Positions 39,701 to 60,070 of a stretch of 64,000 bases of DNA are shown one piece after another. The stretch's first letter is position 1, and each line of letters begins with the position of its first letter. The DNA is from Bugula neritina (Eukaryota > Animalia > Bryozoa): NCBI GenBank assembly GCA_964035545.1, contig OZ037768.1, positions 9,456,741-9,520,740 of the forward strand, written 5' to 3'. The translations under genes were made by a program, and so were the position numbers. Below the pieces are notes generated by a model. The model did no database searches, had not been told where the DNA came from, and saw only the letters and a program-made list of their open reading frames with translations.

Positions 39701-42700
39701 CATCCACTGTACAGGCAACTGGTGCCAGTGCTTCTAATATTGTACATCGGCTCTCCAGAAATCCCAGTTTTAAACATAGTGTTTCATCAAACTATACTTG
39801 TAATTCATGGTATTATATATTGTACTATACTTATTTATTTTTTTCAAGAACATCTGAGTTAACGGAGAATTATTTTTCTCATTCAATTTAGAGGTCTGGA
39901 TGTAACTGCTGTAACGTGCTCACTCATTGGAGGATCAAAGCACGCCAGAGCTTGCCAGGCCACAGCTGCAATGTTATCTAAAAGTAGCATTAACCCTGCA
40001 GACGTGACAATTTTATACACAGCCTACTCTAGCCCAGATCCTCCCCCAGTAGAGATGATTCGAAATCCTTGCCTACTAAGTATTATTTCCTAGATTATAA
40101 TTCAACTTTAATTAAAATTTTTATGAAATTTCAGCTATTTTGTTCTTCCAATAGCTCACAAAATGGTAGTTATGCAAAGCTTTCTGGGTAAATTGAAATC
40201 AAAAAGTCAAGGATTATTATGACATCAACCTTTATGGTTCTCAGCATGATATGCTTTGATTTAATGTTTTTTACTGTCGAAGTTCTATCTATTAATGCTT
40301 CATCCTGGTAAAATTTTGGTGTTGCAGATTTATTCATAGACGGGTTGTTCACACCCGGATTGAAAATTAATCCAGAGCACAAAGAAAAGTATTTACACAT
40401 TTTGGCTTATGCAACTACCATATCTGAAACATATAAAAGGGTAAGTCAACAGTCCCATTATTTTCACACCTGACATGAATTATTCTGCACACAGCTGCCA
40501 AAAACATTATTGTTGCTGAATTCTCACTGGTCATTAAAAGGCAATTATAGTTGCATTATCAATGGTGATGATAAAGTGATGATTAAATATTGGCAAATCA
40601 ACTCCAGGTATAAGTAGTAAATCTCAACCACATATTTGACCTACAAATGCTGATCTTCTATTATGTACGTCACAATATTTTCTATTTTAATTTAGAAGTT
40701 GTCGTAATCATCTACACCATACCATTCACTGAAAAAATATTCAACACCAAGGTACCTTCTTGTTTAGGGAGTTCGAAAATCTGTAAACAAAGATGACTTG
40801 AGTTCCACTCGAAAATTTTTGAAAAAAGCTCAAGAAATTTGCAGCGAAAACACTGGAGGTCAAGAGCTCATTGCTGATATACCCACCCTCTTTGAATGCC
40901 TCCAGTTAGTTAGTTGTATATCTATAATACAATAGAATCCCTCCAATAGCTTTATGCCTGCATATATATCAACTAGAAAAGTTGAGCTACATTGACTACA
41001 GGTTTTACAAGTCTTGTTTTTATTATAACAATTAAATTATTATACTATGCTGCTCTATGAAGTATACCATGTATCGCTATGAACTATAAACAAGTATAAA
41101 TTATAAATTTGTGTAAAAAATTGTTATCTGTATCTAAAAAAAGGGTATATCTTGAAATGACCTGAAACTTGAGCGCTCTTGCAAACTCTCATTCATCCTA
41201 AGATATGTTTACCAAATGCAATGCCATTTATTTGCATGTTGATTTAGATATCCAGTGGCAGCCAAAGGAATACTGACCTGGATTAAACACATTGTCTCCG
41301 ATACTAAATATTTTGTACACAATACGGATCATACTCCTGTTCATCTTATACTTCTCGATGAGGTTAGACTTGAATGCCTTTCTTTGAAAAATTAAATACA
41401 TGATGTATTTTTCCAATGTTGGTTTCAATTTATTTTAGAATTAACCGTGTGTATACTTTAATCTAAATGTTTTTGTATTCTAATGTAATAACCAAGTGGG
41501 CTGAAGTTTTTCAAACTGATCAAATTGAAGAGGGAGTTTGGAATTAAACTTGACATTATTTACAATGTAGCTACAATGATTCTGTGTGAATTTTTCCTGC
41601 AGGTATCGACTTGCCAGCCCCTACTGCAGGAACAGGCTCAGCAGCTTCTGGTCAAGTTATTCGAGTCAAGTCATGAGGAAGTTGATGTTTTAGTTCAGGT
41701 AAGCGTTCCTCTCAGACCCAGCTGCCTGGAACTACTCTCTTAGGTTTTACGCAGTATTCATAACTCCAGTGCGAAACCTTTGGCTGTATACTGTAGTAAA
41801 GTGTTGTGTCTTTGTTCAGTACTAACACCAACTCATAGTAACTAAGTTTATATGCTTACTGAGAGTCTATATACTTACTGCATCCTGTGGTACCCTTTGA
41901 ATTACTTATTGAATTTTATTGTGAGTTCAAGTTTAGGCTTTGAATTTTGTCATTTTTCAGCTGGACTTGAAAAAAATGCTGTTAGATAGAATGGTGCATT
42001 TAGTCAGCAAAGGTTACGTGCTGCCAGTATGTTCATACGTGAAGTCATGCTTTGAAAACCAAGGCTGTGACATTTCTCTGATCAGATATTTTCTCACTGA
42101 GGTAAGTGAACAAACTCATGTACATCATCTGTAAAGCTGTATAAAAACTCAATTGGTGTGCTAATGTCCTTAATGTAATGCTAGGTGCTGGATATTATTG
42201 AGCCTCCATACAGTAAAGAGTTTGCAAAGATCATGTATCCGCTGATAAACAACGAAGACATCACAGCTAGTTTACGTACTGACGATGGGGCAGATGATGC
42301 TTCTAACTTTCTGAGTGAGTCTTTTAGACTAGCTGTTTCTACTTGACTACCATTAAATGGTTTATAAACTTCCACTATTAGAAAGCATTCATTTATTACA
42401 AGACGAATTATGGTTGGCTATAAGAAATTGTAGAGAAATATATCCTTCATCGCTTTTTATTTATTTTCTAATGTGTGATTGTACAATTTCTTAATTGACA
42501 GCATTCTTACCTGCATTATGAGTGTTTTATTATTTACTTACTTTGTTTAATGAAATTCAAACCTTGAAGCATTTTTATTAAAATAATATTCTTCAATGCC
42601 ATCAGCTCAGCAGCTTCAATTATACTGACTCATTCACCAGCTTTCTGCATGTTGAAGTTTTCTTGTATGGAAATTATACTTAAATAACTATATGCAACTG

Positions 42701-43831
42701 GCTCATTTTACTCTTACTATATTAGCTGTTTTGAGAAAGGAAAACATCATTTAGTTTTGATCATCTATGTTGTGCTCCTGTTTTCACCATTGCACTAAGG
42801 AGTCCTCGAAACTTTAGTGGAATAGTCAAAAGTTTTACGTGTTTAGATCAACCAAGACAATTATAAATATGCTATGATATCTGGCATCTCAGTGGTAGTT
42901 TGTGCCAAGTGATTCCTATCATCCCCTAATAAGTTGAGTTCATTTACACATGAGTCTGAGTTGATCGCTCTGTGAACTGGGTTTGAATAGACTAAGACTC
43001 CATCACTTGGTACATGGCATGTCTGAAGATAAACTAGGAAAGTGGCTGTCTCAGTCTGCCATGGAATAAGAATAGTTCTCAGCTATTAGTAGTCCAGGCA
43101 CGGCAGCCTTCAGTGTGATAATCACGCTGGCATCTCCTTAGAAGTCAGTTATGTTTGACACAAGAGGACATCTGCTACATCTCAGATTCTATCAGTCTCT
43201 CTAACCAGGATGCACCCATTATCTCCTTTTCTCCTGTAACTCTTTTGTTTTGATGAAACTTTTTCCCAGCTCAGGCATTACCATGTCTCAACACTTACTC
43301 TTTGACAAGATCACAATCTGATTTCAAGGTTTTAATATTTTATCAGTATGATATTCATAACTTTGCTATGGAATCTATATTATATACATGTAGGTAGATT
43401 TCTGTAATATAAGTTGAATATATTAAATATTTAAATCAATACAACTAATATTACAATTTGCTATGGGTGATTTGCTTTTTAATTTTGTGATAACCTGTAT
43501 GTGTTATATATTTAAAAAAAATCCAAAGACTGTAGACATGCTGACAGTTTACTTTTTTAACCAATACTTTTTGTTCTGTAGAAAATATGCACCCTCAAAC
43601 TGCACCTATGCAATGTCTAAATTACTGTGTTATCAAATTAGACAGAATGCCAATAGATGCAATTATCTTAATGCAACCACCACACTATCACAAGAGACAT
43701 AAGTTTTGTTCTTATCATTCTTATACTCTACTTTGTAGCTATATAGACTTTTGGTATTATTTTTAGGTTATTGCGATGAAAATTTCAAAGGAGATGCCAT
43801 CTTCTCAAAGCAAACTACTACAAGTTTATGA
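36733..43831 (+). CDS. NELFCD: Negative elongation factor C/D (TH1-like), ~15 exons
   Basis: [176 protein letters not shown]. Last exon 43767-43831 is in phase. Confidence 0.94.
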
Positions 43832-44964
43832 GAAACTGGTGAAATATATGAATCATTATACATTAGTCTCTTAATGTAAAATATTTTTTGTAGAGTCGTT
43901 GATACACCTACTGATTCCATTTGGTATAATATGTCTACTACCACATGTTGAATGTCTGTAATTTTGTATATAAGCTTGTCTGTACATGTAGCAATACAAG
44001 TTAGCAGTTATTGATTTATTTATATTATAGCTATCAAATATATTCTTTTTTTACGAAAGTATTGATTTTGTTTTCATTTTCTGTTTGTATGGCAAACAAT
44101 AAAAGCCTGTATATACAGAAACAATGTGTGTATAGTATGTCATAATAAATCGATAATTACTTTGTCATTGCTAATTGTTATAAATTGTCTTTAATTACAA
44201 TTCTTATGAAGCTTTGTAGTTATGAACTTATAAATAATTTGTGAAAGCTAGTTGTGTGCAACTATATGACCAGGGTGGAGCCTTATAAGAATATATAGAA
44301 CATGATTTCAATAACTGGTTTTTGCCTTGTTTTAGCCTCATTCCAAAACAACACAACATTGATCAGTAACAAAATGTCCTTGTTACCTATTATAACTAAG
44401 TTATAAATCTAATTTATTATTGTAAAATTTGACCATGATTCAACAAAAAAGAATGTTGACAAGCTGTATGCTTTAATAATACAAAAAAGGCTCAATCAAC
44501 TTGATACTATATTTTAAGAGGAAAGGCAGCTCTTATATTATGAATATTGACTTCAAGCAAACTGCACAATATTAGTAAATAAGTAACCGTACAAATAATT
44601 CAATTTTAAAATAATATGAAAGCCTAAAATATAGCTTGATGTTCATATTTGTGCATTACAGCTAGAGACAAAAATGTAGGAATTCGAAAAAAGTAAATTT
44701 TGCACTAAGCTGTTTCACAAACTAACATTCTAAATACAAAATGGGATTATCCTCTCACTGACTAAGCAAAAATTAAAACGAGAATTTTCACCTGTCTGAA
44801 AATAGTTGTCTTCTCTAATGACGGGTAAGATAACTCTATTAAAATAAGCTAATGGGATTGTAAAATTAAACTGGTCAATAGTAAAATATTCGCGTTATGG
44901 AAGTCGCGCAGTAGATTCATTATGATTTAATCAATTAAAAGGTAAATCACAAAATACATTCACA

Positions 44965-45930
44965 ATATATCAAGTATGAATATCATAATAATAATAATGC
45001 CAAATGTAGCAGTAATACTAATAGTAATAGTAAACACTAAATTATTAAAAATAAATAGTAATACTTGTAATTCAAATTGTACTTGTACTACTAGTACTAC
45101 TTATAGTTATACTAATACTAAGTCTAATAGTAATAGTAATACTGAATAATAGTATTACTATTAGTATTACTTAATCTAGCTATAAATACCTTATCTAGCT
45201 AGTTATACTCAGTTAATAAGTTATAGCTTATAGTTAAACTTAATCTTATACCTAACCTAATCTTAATCTAGGCCACAGGCTTGTCTCAAAAGTCAATTTC
45301 TCCATTACTGCACCTGCCTCTAAGACTAATTCATTGAATTTAAAATTAATCATTGAATTTAATTTGAATCATTAAATGATTAATTTATCATTATTATTTT
45401 GATAATCAATCAATTATCATCAATTATTATACTTGGGATATTCAATTTCATATTGATACTGAATTTGATCTTCATATTCAAAATAAATTCATATGGTCAT
45501 AATTCACTATCATACTGACTACCACTACACGTATCAGTATGAGTATCAGTATGACACTGATACTGATAGTGACTATCACAGTATGAGTATCACATTCACT
45601 ATGACTATCACTGTGAGTATGATTCTACGACTATCACTATGACCATCATTTTCAGTTTCACTATGTCTATTACTTATGTTATTTTATTATTTTATGTTAT
45701 GCTCTGTTATTATTACTTATATTACTTTGTAAGTTCAAGTTAGGCCAACTATTACTAACAGTAACAGTGACATTAGGATTAAGAGTAACACTTAAATTAA
45801 CTTACTCACTCAAGATGTTGCTGTGAGATATAAGCCTCAGGCTATTGGATAAGTGAGTAACAGTTGTACAGTGTACTGTGAGCCATAATTGTAAGTGTAT
45901 CACTATCACTATGAGTCTATAACAGCTTGT
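44965..45930. repeat. Cryptic A-N-W-N-T-N hexamer array (longest example; others at ~10600-10870, 12030-12720, 13170-13400, 14955-15520, 21650-22150, 36860-37130, 50150-50960)
   Basis: For example agtatg agtatc agtatg acactg atactg atagtg actatc ... acattc actatg actatc actgtg agtatg ... accatc attttc agtttc actatg. Period 6 with fixed A and T positions but variable units. Confidence 0.85.
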
Positions 45931-46623
45931 GAGTATTGCTGTTGTGCTCTATTCCTTCTGTCCACCAGAAAAAGTTTTTTAACTGGGTATCACTAGGTAT
46001 AGACAAAGTGCTAATTTTGGAGAAGGGCATAAATGCAGGGAATGGGAAAGCTCAGCCTAAAGCTAATAGCTTTAATTTGTAAACCTGTTATTTAAGTATT
46101 TTAAGTGTTTTTTTTAGTCCACTCTCACCCATTCTTCTTGAATGAATTACTTGATACTGTAAAAGTAATTCAAGTTCATTATAAGTGCAACAAAGACTTT
46201 TATTTTTAGTTTAAAGTTTTGTACACCCAAAAAGCTGCTAGTATTTAGACAATGTGTTAAATTTCGTATATCAGTTATATGATCATTGTTGAAATACAGA
46301 GTAAAGTCCCCTTTCAAAATTGCCTGAGGCTGCCTTTGTTTAAATCATCACAAACGCAATTTTTTCCAACTGTTGCACATTTTGGTTAAATTTCTGGCTT
46401 TTCTGTTGGCCACCAAACCTATTTTAACCAAGAAATGTAATTATTTTCTGCTTCTGTTGGCTACTTGTTCATTGCTTATTTTTCATCACAATCTACTGAC
46501 TAATCCCTCACCCTATTTTATTGTCAGCAAATACACCTTATAGAATATGCTAACCAATATGTGTAATTTCAGTAAGCATATAAAAGTAACCACACATTCC
46601 TGGGATAACTGGCTGCTTCTGTA

Positions 46624-48551
46624 ATGTCCCTAAAACTAACATTAATCACTCTTTGCTTTTGGGGTAAGTTTTGCTTTTTTAATATTACTGGATGGTAAAA
46701 TCATATAACAAATTTATACACTGCTATATATGTGCATAAACGTGTAAAGAAATTAGTTGTTATCATGTACTATTATATAATTTTGTGGTTTAGCTATTTT
46801 ATGGGCTTCAACTGATGCCAAGTGTGATGAACAGAGCTATATAAATTGGTTATCTATTCCCGAAGCAGAATATGACAGGTGAGTCGTAGATTACTGCACT
46901 GTATCATTTTTAAACTAGATAAGATAACGAAACAGCTGAAATATTCTACTGACTAGAAGGAATAAGATTAGCATACTTACAAATTTTATTGTCATACTCA
47001 GAATAATAAATATTTTTGGTGATAACAAAAATTTTATGACATGCGCCAAACCGCGCGATTTAGATGGTGCAAACCGTGGCAATATATTCATATTGATACT
47101 ATAAAAGAAATTTTTAGTTTGAATTTTATATACTGGTACTAAACAGTATCACAGATTTTATGAAATTAGCTTACTATTTTAATTAGTCTTGCAAGAACTT
47201 ATTGCAAATTTATTACAGTCATCAGCCTTTGAACATAACTTCCATAGCCTTGAGCAATGATTTTTGGTTTTTATTATAATAAGTTCCTGGGACTTTCGAC
47301 TGTTTTAAGTGAGAACAATGGATCTGTGCAGAAGTCACTTGAAATAATTAATAACCAATTATTAGTTGTACCGTTGTAACAATGTAGGACTTGGCAATGC
47401 CAGTTTTTTTTCTGCATTATATTGGAGTCAATAGTGATTATAGAAATATATGTTTGGATCTACATTACTTGCCCTTATAATCGGTGAATAAGTATTGTTT
47501 TGAAACACTTTCTCCCGTTTTGTTTTCTTCTTGCTGCTTTTGAATTAAGGTCATAGGTAGAAGTTGTGAAATCGGCAAAAATATGTTTATTGCAGTGTAG
47601 TTTCATGTCACTCCAATATAATATAATGTTTACTCATGGCTAGCCTATATCTTTTTAGAGCTTATCATAGTATAACTGAAAGTGATGCCAGACCGTTGGG
47701 CTATAGAGTTGGTAGATACATCTACAACCAACAGAAGAGTTTGTGTGTTAGAGTCACTGGTGCAAAAAATAGACGGATTGAGGTGAAAGTTGAAACTGAA
47801 CCAGCTGCAAGACTTTGTGTTAGAAACACTGTTGACGTAACAACTGGAGAAAATTGTGTGGTTAGTCCTACATTTTTAAAAGTTAACAATTAATAAATGA
47901 TTGTATCTAAAATACACTTTCTATAAAAAGAGTAAGTGAAATAATATTGCCACAACTTACTTGGTGTAATTGTTCAAGTGAGTAAATTTTGGAAGTAAGC
48001 ATTAAAGTGTAACTAGGGTTTTCTAAATGAATGTGTAAGCCATACATCACATAAATTGTGAATATTCATAACATGTGATGTTTTATATGCGCAATTAGGC
48101 CTACATTTTTAGGTGAGCAAAACTTTTGGGAGCTGTGAGCAGTTTGCAGTTGAAGCAGACAACTCCACTATATTTGAGTTTTACTGTACGGGTCAATGCT
48201 CGGAGAGTGATGTCACATTTTGGTACAGGCAAGTTGTTCTATTTTTAGTCATCTGATGTATTGTTCACTATTTACTTTTTGCCAAATGTGAAAATTATAT
48301 TTGATAATCTTAGCATAAACCTTATTGGTTTCTTTTATTACAGGTTTACTGTATGTCCCTACACATCATATGATGACAATGAACTATGGTGTAGTAATTT
48401 AGTGGATGATTATCCTAGTTCACTTCTCACCATACCATTTATAAAAACTACACCTAAAGAACCTGCGGTTCGAGGTGCAGCTACTACACAAACAACTTTC
48501 AATGTGCTCACTTTATTTCTGCTCATTCTAGCACTATTTTATAACGCATAA
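46624..48551 (+). CDS. Uncharacterised Cys-containing secreted / probable GPI-anchored protein (216 aa); exons 46624-46663, 46794-46878, 47659-47860, 48113-48228, 48344-48551
   Basis: Signal peptide MSLKLTLITLCFWAILWASTDA; ectodomain with 9 Cys; Thr/Pro-rich stalk; hydrophobic C-terminus (..RGAATTQTTFNVLTLFLLILALFYNA*). All phases are compatible when a GC donor at 48229 is used. Confidence 0.8.
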
Positions 48552-50064
48552 TGTTGCTGCTCAGTACATGTGTATGATATTACATGCTCGTGATATTATT
48601 TAGTATCTATATAGTTTTATCTTTTATTTCCCTTGAATGAGATTTGTATCAAAACCACTTTTCTACTTATAATAATCTAGGTTGTATATTTTATACTTTT
48701 GCAAAGATTGTTTTACTCCTTTTTATTTTACAAATGAGCACATTATAAAAATGTGATATTTTTCTACTCTTTTATTTACTCAACTTCAAGCATATTTTAT
48801 TTTACATTCCCTTCTGAGTTCTTATATTCTCCTTATCTTTTAAATATACATTCTTGAACAGAGCTGGAATAGTGTTACTATTAATATTTTTACTTTGAGA
48901 ATAAGTTAATACAATCTACTATCATCTTTTATTAATTACTTCAGTAAACTCACTAAGTTGCAAAATAGGCATACTTTTAAAAGCTAAGAATGCTCAGATC
49001 AATGGAAAGAGTCAAAGATCGATATTGGTTGCACTGAGCTGTTCTGGTCTGTTCAGTTCGATATTTTGTTATTAAATTGGCCAGGCTGTTTTTATCTACA
49101 CAAATGCAATAACTACTACAACTTCCCACAACATGTCGTGCAATAATGCAAGATTGGATCATGTTGTCGTTTGGAGGAGTTGCCTCCTATTTATATAAAG
49201 GATTTTATTACATGTGTATGTTCAAAGCTTTTTAAGCTTTTTTAACATTTTGGACGCATAAAAAGTGATAGTAATAAAGAAAATTTGTGTTTTGATTGAA
49301 TATGATGAATTAAATCTTGCAGCATCACGGCCGTAAGTTTTCCTTGATTTTTTTTTTCATTATTTAGACTGTGTAGTAAAAATCATATAAGCTTTAAAGT
49401 GTCAAATTTTCATCAGTTTTCATAAGTTAACTTATAATTAGTTGGCTCTAACCAGTAGTGATCTATTATATGTGTAATTGCTGTGTATTTCTAAAAAATA
49501 TTTACTACACACCAAATCTTCATTAAAAAATTACTTACAGCAAGCTTCTACCATCTTCTAATTCCGTATAATATTATAGGACATGGGTGATTTCAGTTGT
49601 TTTTACTTCATTTGCATTTTATCCTATAATGTTTTGCCAATTATTTTTATGGAGTTATCTACTCTAGGTCATTTTGCCCGAGACAATGATCTCATCTAAT
49701 TAATATTATATAAAGCATACCAAACCACATATTATTACTTACGACATCCCTTTCAATCACATGATTTTTTATAGCTTGTTTTCTTAACATTGTTAGAAAA
49801 ACAGCGGTTTAAAGAATATTTTTATCAATAAAGTGGAACATATTGATATTGATCTGATGCAGTAAAATATTAGGCTATACATTCTATCCAATCAAGGAAC
49901 TTTCTTCGAAACAGAAAAGGAAAACATCCAGAGTAATAAAAATCGCTGGTAGATTAGTATATAAACGATAATCATTTCTTGCAAGCATTTGCAATTTGCT
50001 TTCTAGGTTGTTCAGAATTGTTTGATTGCAATATTAACTGCCACTAATCTAAGTGTCGGTTAAA

Positions 50065-56601
<6,537 letters not shown>

Positions 56602-56789
56602 TGACGATCTGCTACTACTTATGATTCCACTTCTCTATTTTAATGATTATTATAAATCTTGCACTAGTTTTGTGTTCTATCCATATTGTTTTGTATATTC
56701 TTATTTTGTGAGCCTTTATTAACGTCTTTTATATTTATGTGACTGCTAAGTATGATGAATGTATTTCAAGTAGCAATTGCAATGTTTAA

Positions 56790-56963
<174 letters not shown>

Positions 56964-57280
56964 CTGTGCACATTGCCATGCGTATAATTGCTAATAATAC
57001 CTTTATGTCATGAATTTTGCTTTGCAAGTATTTGTAAAATTAGTTTTCAAGTAAAAGATTATTAATCATCAAAATAAGTTTCCAATCTGTTTATTGTAAT
57101 TGATTGCAACATTTTATTTCAAACAAACACCAGGCTACGTATAATAAGAGCATTAGATTCTGAAGAAAGATGCTATGCTGTGGTAAAAACTTATCACAGG
57201 CATGAAGGTCATGCTGTTGGTAGAGTGAAACACCTTTTCTTCAGTTTTACAAACGTAGCCTTTTGAAAATGATGCTCGTT

Positions 57281-58227
57281 TTAATCACTTGGGCAGTTGG
57301 TGGGCTTCTCGTGAGACTGAAGCAAGCCAAGTCTAGCCATTCTGCAGAGGCTGTCTCCAAGTTGAGGGTTTGAAGTCAAGTCATCCAAACCTGAGTAAAA
57401 GTGTGAACAATTTAAAAAAATTTAGTTTAAATAAAATAAGGCCGTCACTTTCACTAATACAGTCACGGTCATACCTATCTTTCTAGTTGTCCACAAATGA
57501 AAAATTGACTAAATTATAAAGGGAGAAATATGTTCTTGTCACCTTTTGATTATATACAGTGAATTATGTTGATAAGTAAAAGCACTATGCTTTCAGCAAT
57601 GACTCAAGTAGGAAAATTGTCTAAAAACTAATATTAAATCGGTTAACAAAATCTTACGGAGGCAATTTCCATCAGCAACTTTGGTGTATCCGTGGCAACA
57701 AGTGATGTGTTCATCTGGGCAGAACTTAACATCTTCGAGTTCTATTACTTGGGTGTGAGAGAAAAGCTGTTGACTGTATAAAATAATATCCACATGTGTT
57801 TTTTAGAATAATGCAAATTTGCTAAAATGTCATCTTAAATCTCTCACAAACTCTTCAAAAGCATATAGCATACACACACAAATAGTACAGACATTTATTT
57901 TGATCAATTACATGACACTATGATTACTTCACTTACGCGTATCCTTCTTTGTACAAACTGCATCGACTCCAGCCAAAAGTTTTGCACTTGGTGTAGCCAT
58001 GCTTCATTTGAAATGTTATGTGCTTGTACTCCCAAACAACTTTTGTTTGCTCCTTGGTGTTCCAATTTTTATTTTGAACATGCTCTTGTGTGCAGCAAAA
58101 ATGGCTTCTACAATACAACTCAAACATAATATGAATAAATAATACAGAGATATAATTTATAATCAAATAAGATTTGTGCACCATTATTTCAATTTCAGTA
58201 ATAATTTTTTGCCAAACAGTATAGAAA

Positions 58228-58280
<53 letters not shown>

Positions 58281-59240
58281 CAATATGTTGTGAGCATTTA
58301 TTGAAAAGCATGCATGTGAATGTGTATGCCCAGCATTAAGAACCTAATTATAAAATATCATTTATTTCAATCAAACTTATTTTGCAAATTATATTGAAAA
58401 TTCAATTTTGCTCAATTATTTGCAGTTATTGCAAATATGCTTTATTTAAAAGAAAATTTAAACATTTTTTTTAGAATTGTGATTTTATTTGCATGAGAAA
58501 ATTTTATTATGTTACTATCTATACATCATATGTAGTATCCTAAAATGTTGGCATTACTTGGAAAGCTACTCACTTGCATACAAATTGTGTTCAACAGACA
58601 ATAATTCGTCATTTAAACATGTATCACCTTAAAATACCCCTTTTTGTTCAATACTATAACAATTCAATACTACCAAGTCTGTGTGTTCTTATAGATGCAA
58701 TATTAGTTGAAAATTGAATATTTTTTCTTACTTGGGATCGATTTGTACTTGACCAAATTGTGCCAAGTCAATGGGTTGTCCATCTGGTCCTGTAATTTCT
58801 CTCTTTTCATTACCAGCTGAGCCAGTTTCAGCCATCAATGCCTGAAGCTCAGGCAGGGTGAGTTCTTTAGCCAATGTTACAGCATCTAAACAGAACTTAT
58901 CAAATTACAGAAAATTGTTGAATTAAACAGACATTTATCTATAAATAAATCGGAATTAAGAACTGTTTTAGCTAGTGTAAAGCAGCACACTAGTTATGAG
59001 AAGAAAGTCAAATTTATTTTCAAAAGGTTGTTAGTGAAGTTAAGCTCTGTTATGTGGTGAATTAAATACTCAAACACTAAAGTAACTTCTTTGCACTACG
59101 TAGAATAATAATTGAAATACTTCAACAAGCATGGATATTGTTTAACCACTTTTTAGGTTACCTTGAGCAGTAAAATCTGTGGTGTAAGACAGCGCATAGC
59201 AACTGGCGATGCACAAACAAAGAGCAACACAGAACCTCAT
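57281..59240 (-). CDS. Secreted Cys-rich EMI-domain-like preproprotein, paralogue B (209 aa); exons 59240-59162, 58885-58732, 58107-57937, 57773-57658, 57390-57281
   Basis: Signal peptide MRFCVALCLCIASCYA; pro-region ending NEKR; HFCC...GYTKCKTFGWSRC...FCPDEHITCCHGYTKVADGNC. All GT-AG with consistent phases; minus-strand AATAAA at ~57090 and ~57113. Confidence 0.85.
58234..58278. repeat. (TA)n microsatellite, ~22 units, intronic
   Basis: Uninterrupted tatata run. Confidence 0.95.
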
Positions 59241-60009
59241 TTTCCTTTACAAGAAAAGAGCAGCAGCAATTGCACGGTAATATTTTACAAACTGTGGTGA
59301 TGGCAGATCCAGTGGATGTCAAGGGGAAATGTGTTGGAATGTGAACATAACCATATGGTGATACATACGTCACTTTAGATTATCACACCTATATTTTACG
59401 GAGAAGAACTGCTGCTTTATCTCTGTAGTTATATTCCGTGTTACACCCTTTCCATGTCGCATAACCAGTCAGCGAACTATATTATGATGCTACTGTAGTC
59501 AGTGTTATTGTGATAAACAGCTAAAGCATATATTAACTTTAAACAAGAACTTATAGTTACTGAAAATCTCAAAATTAGATTTATGATAGATAAACATTTA
59601 CTTTAAATAAAAAATATTTAGTATATTATTTTTGTGCAATGCTAGTTTTATATTAAAAATTATAATATATTTATGTACTGCTTGATGGTCAATGCACTAA
59701 GAAATGGTTTACCAGCGATATACAATTTTGAATGCAAAATTCATATAATTTAAAAATAAGTATTGGTATAAGGTAATTGTAAAAACCATCAAAAACATTT
59801 TCTAAAAGACATCAACATGCAGATGATGTTCTATTATAATAAATTCTTTTAATAATTTTTTATAAGCTAGTTCCATTTTAAGTAAACGAACAGTTCTGAA
59901 CAGCATGGCTAGATTTATATATTGTTGATAAAATAGATACTGAAAAAAAACAAACTTCTTATTTGTAAACTACTTTTTATTTTAAGATCCAAACACACAA
60001 CATAGTAAA

Positions 60010-60070
60010 AAATCAAACAATTAAAACAAATCAAACAATTGAAACAAATCAAACAATTAAAAAAATCAAA
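60010..60070. repeat. 18-bp tandem repeat (aaatcaaacaatt(a/g)aaac) x ~3
   Basis: Read directly from the sequence. Confidence 0.85.

Noticed and set aside
42760-43330. Slightly GC-richer stretch in the last NELFCD intron
   Set aside because: Probably a decayed repeat, but I found no termini, TSD or protein motif to support a call.
48977-49162. 61-aa Cys-containing minus-strand ORF
   Set aside because: No recognisable motif or linked exons; unsupported.
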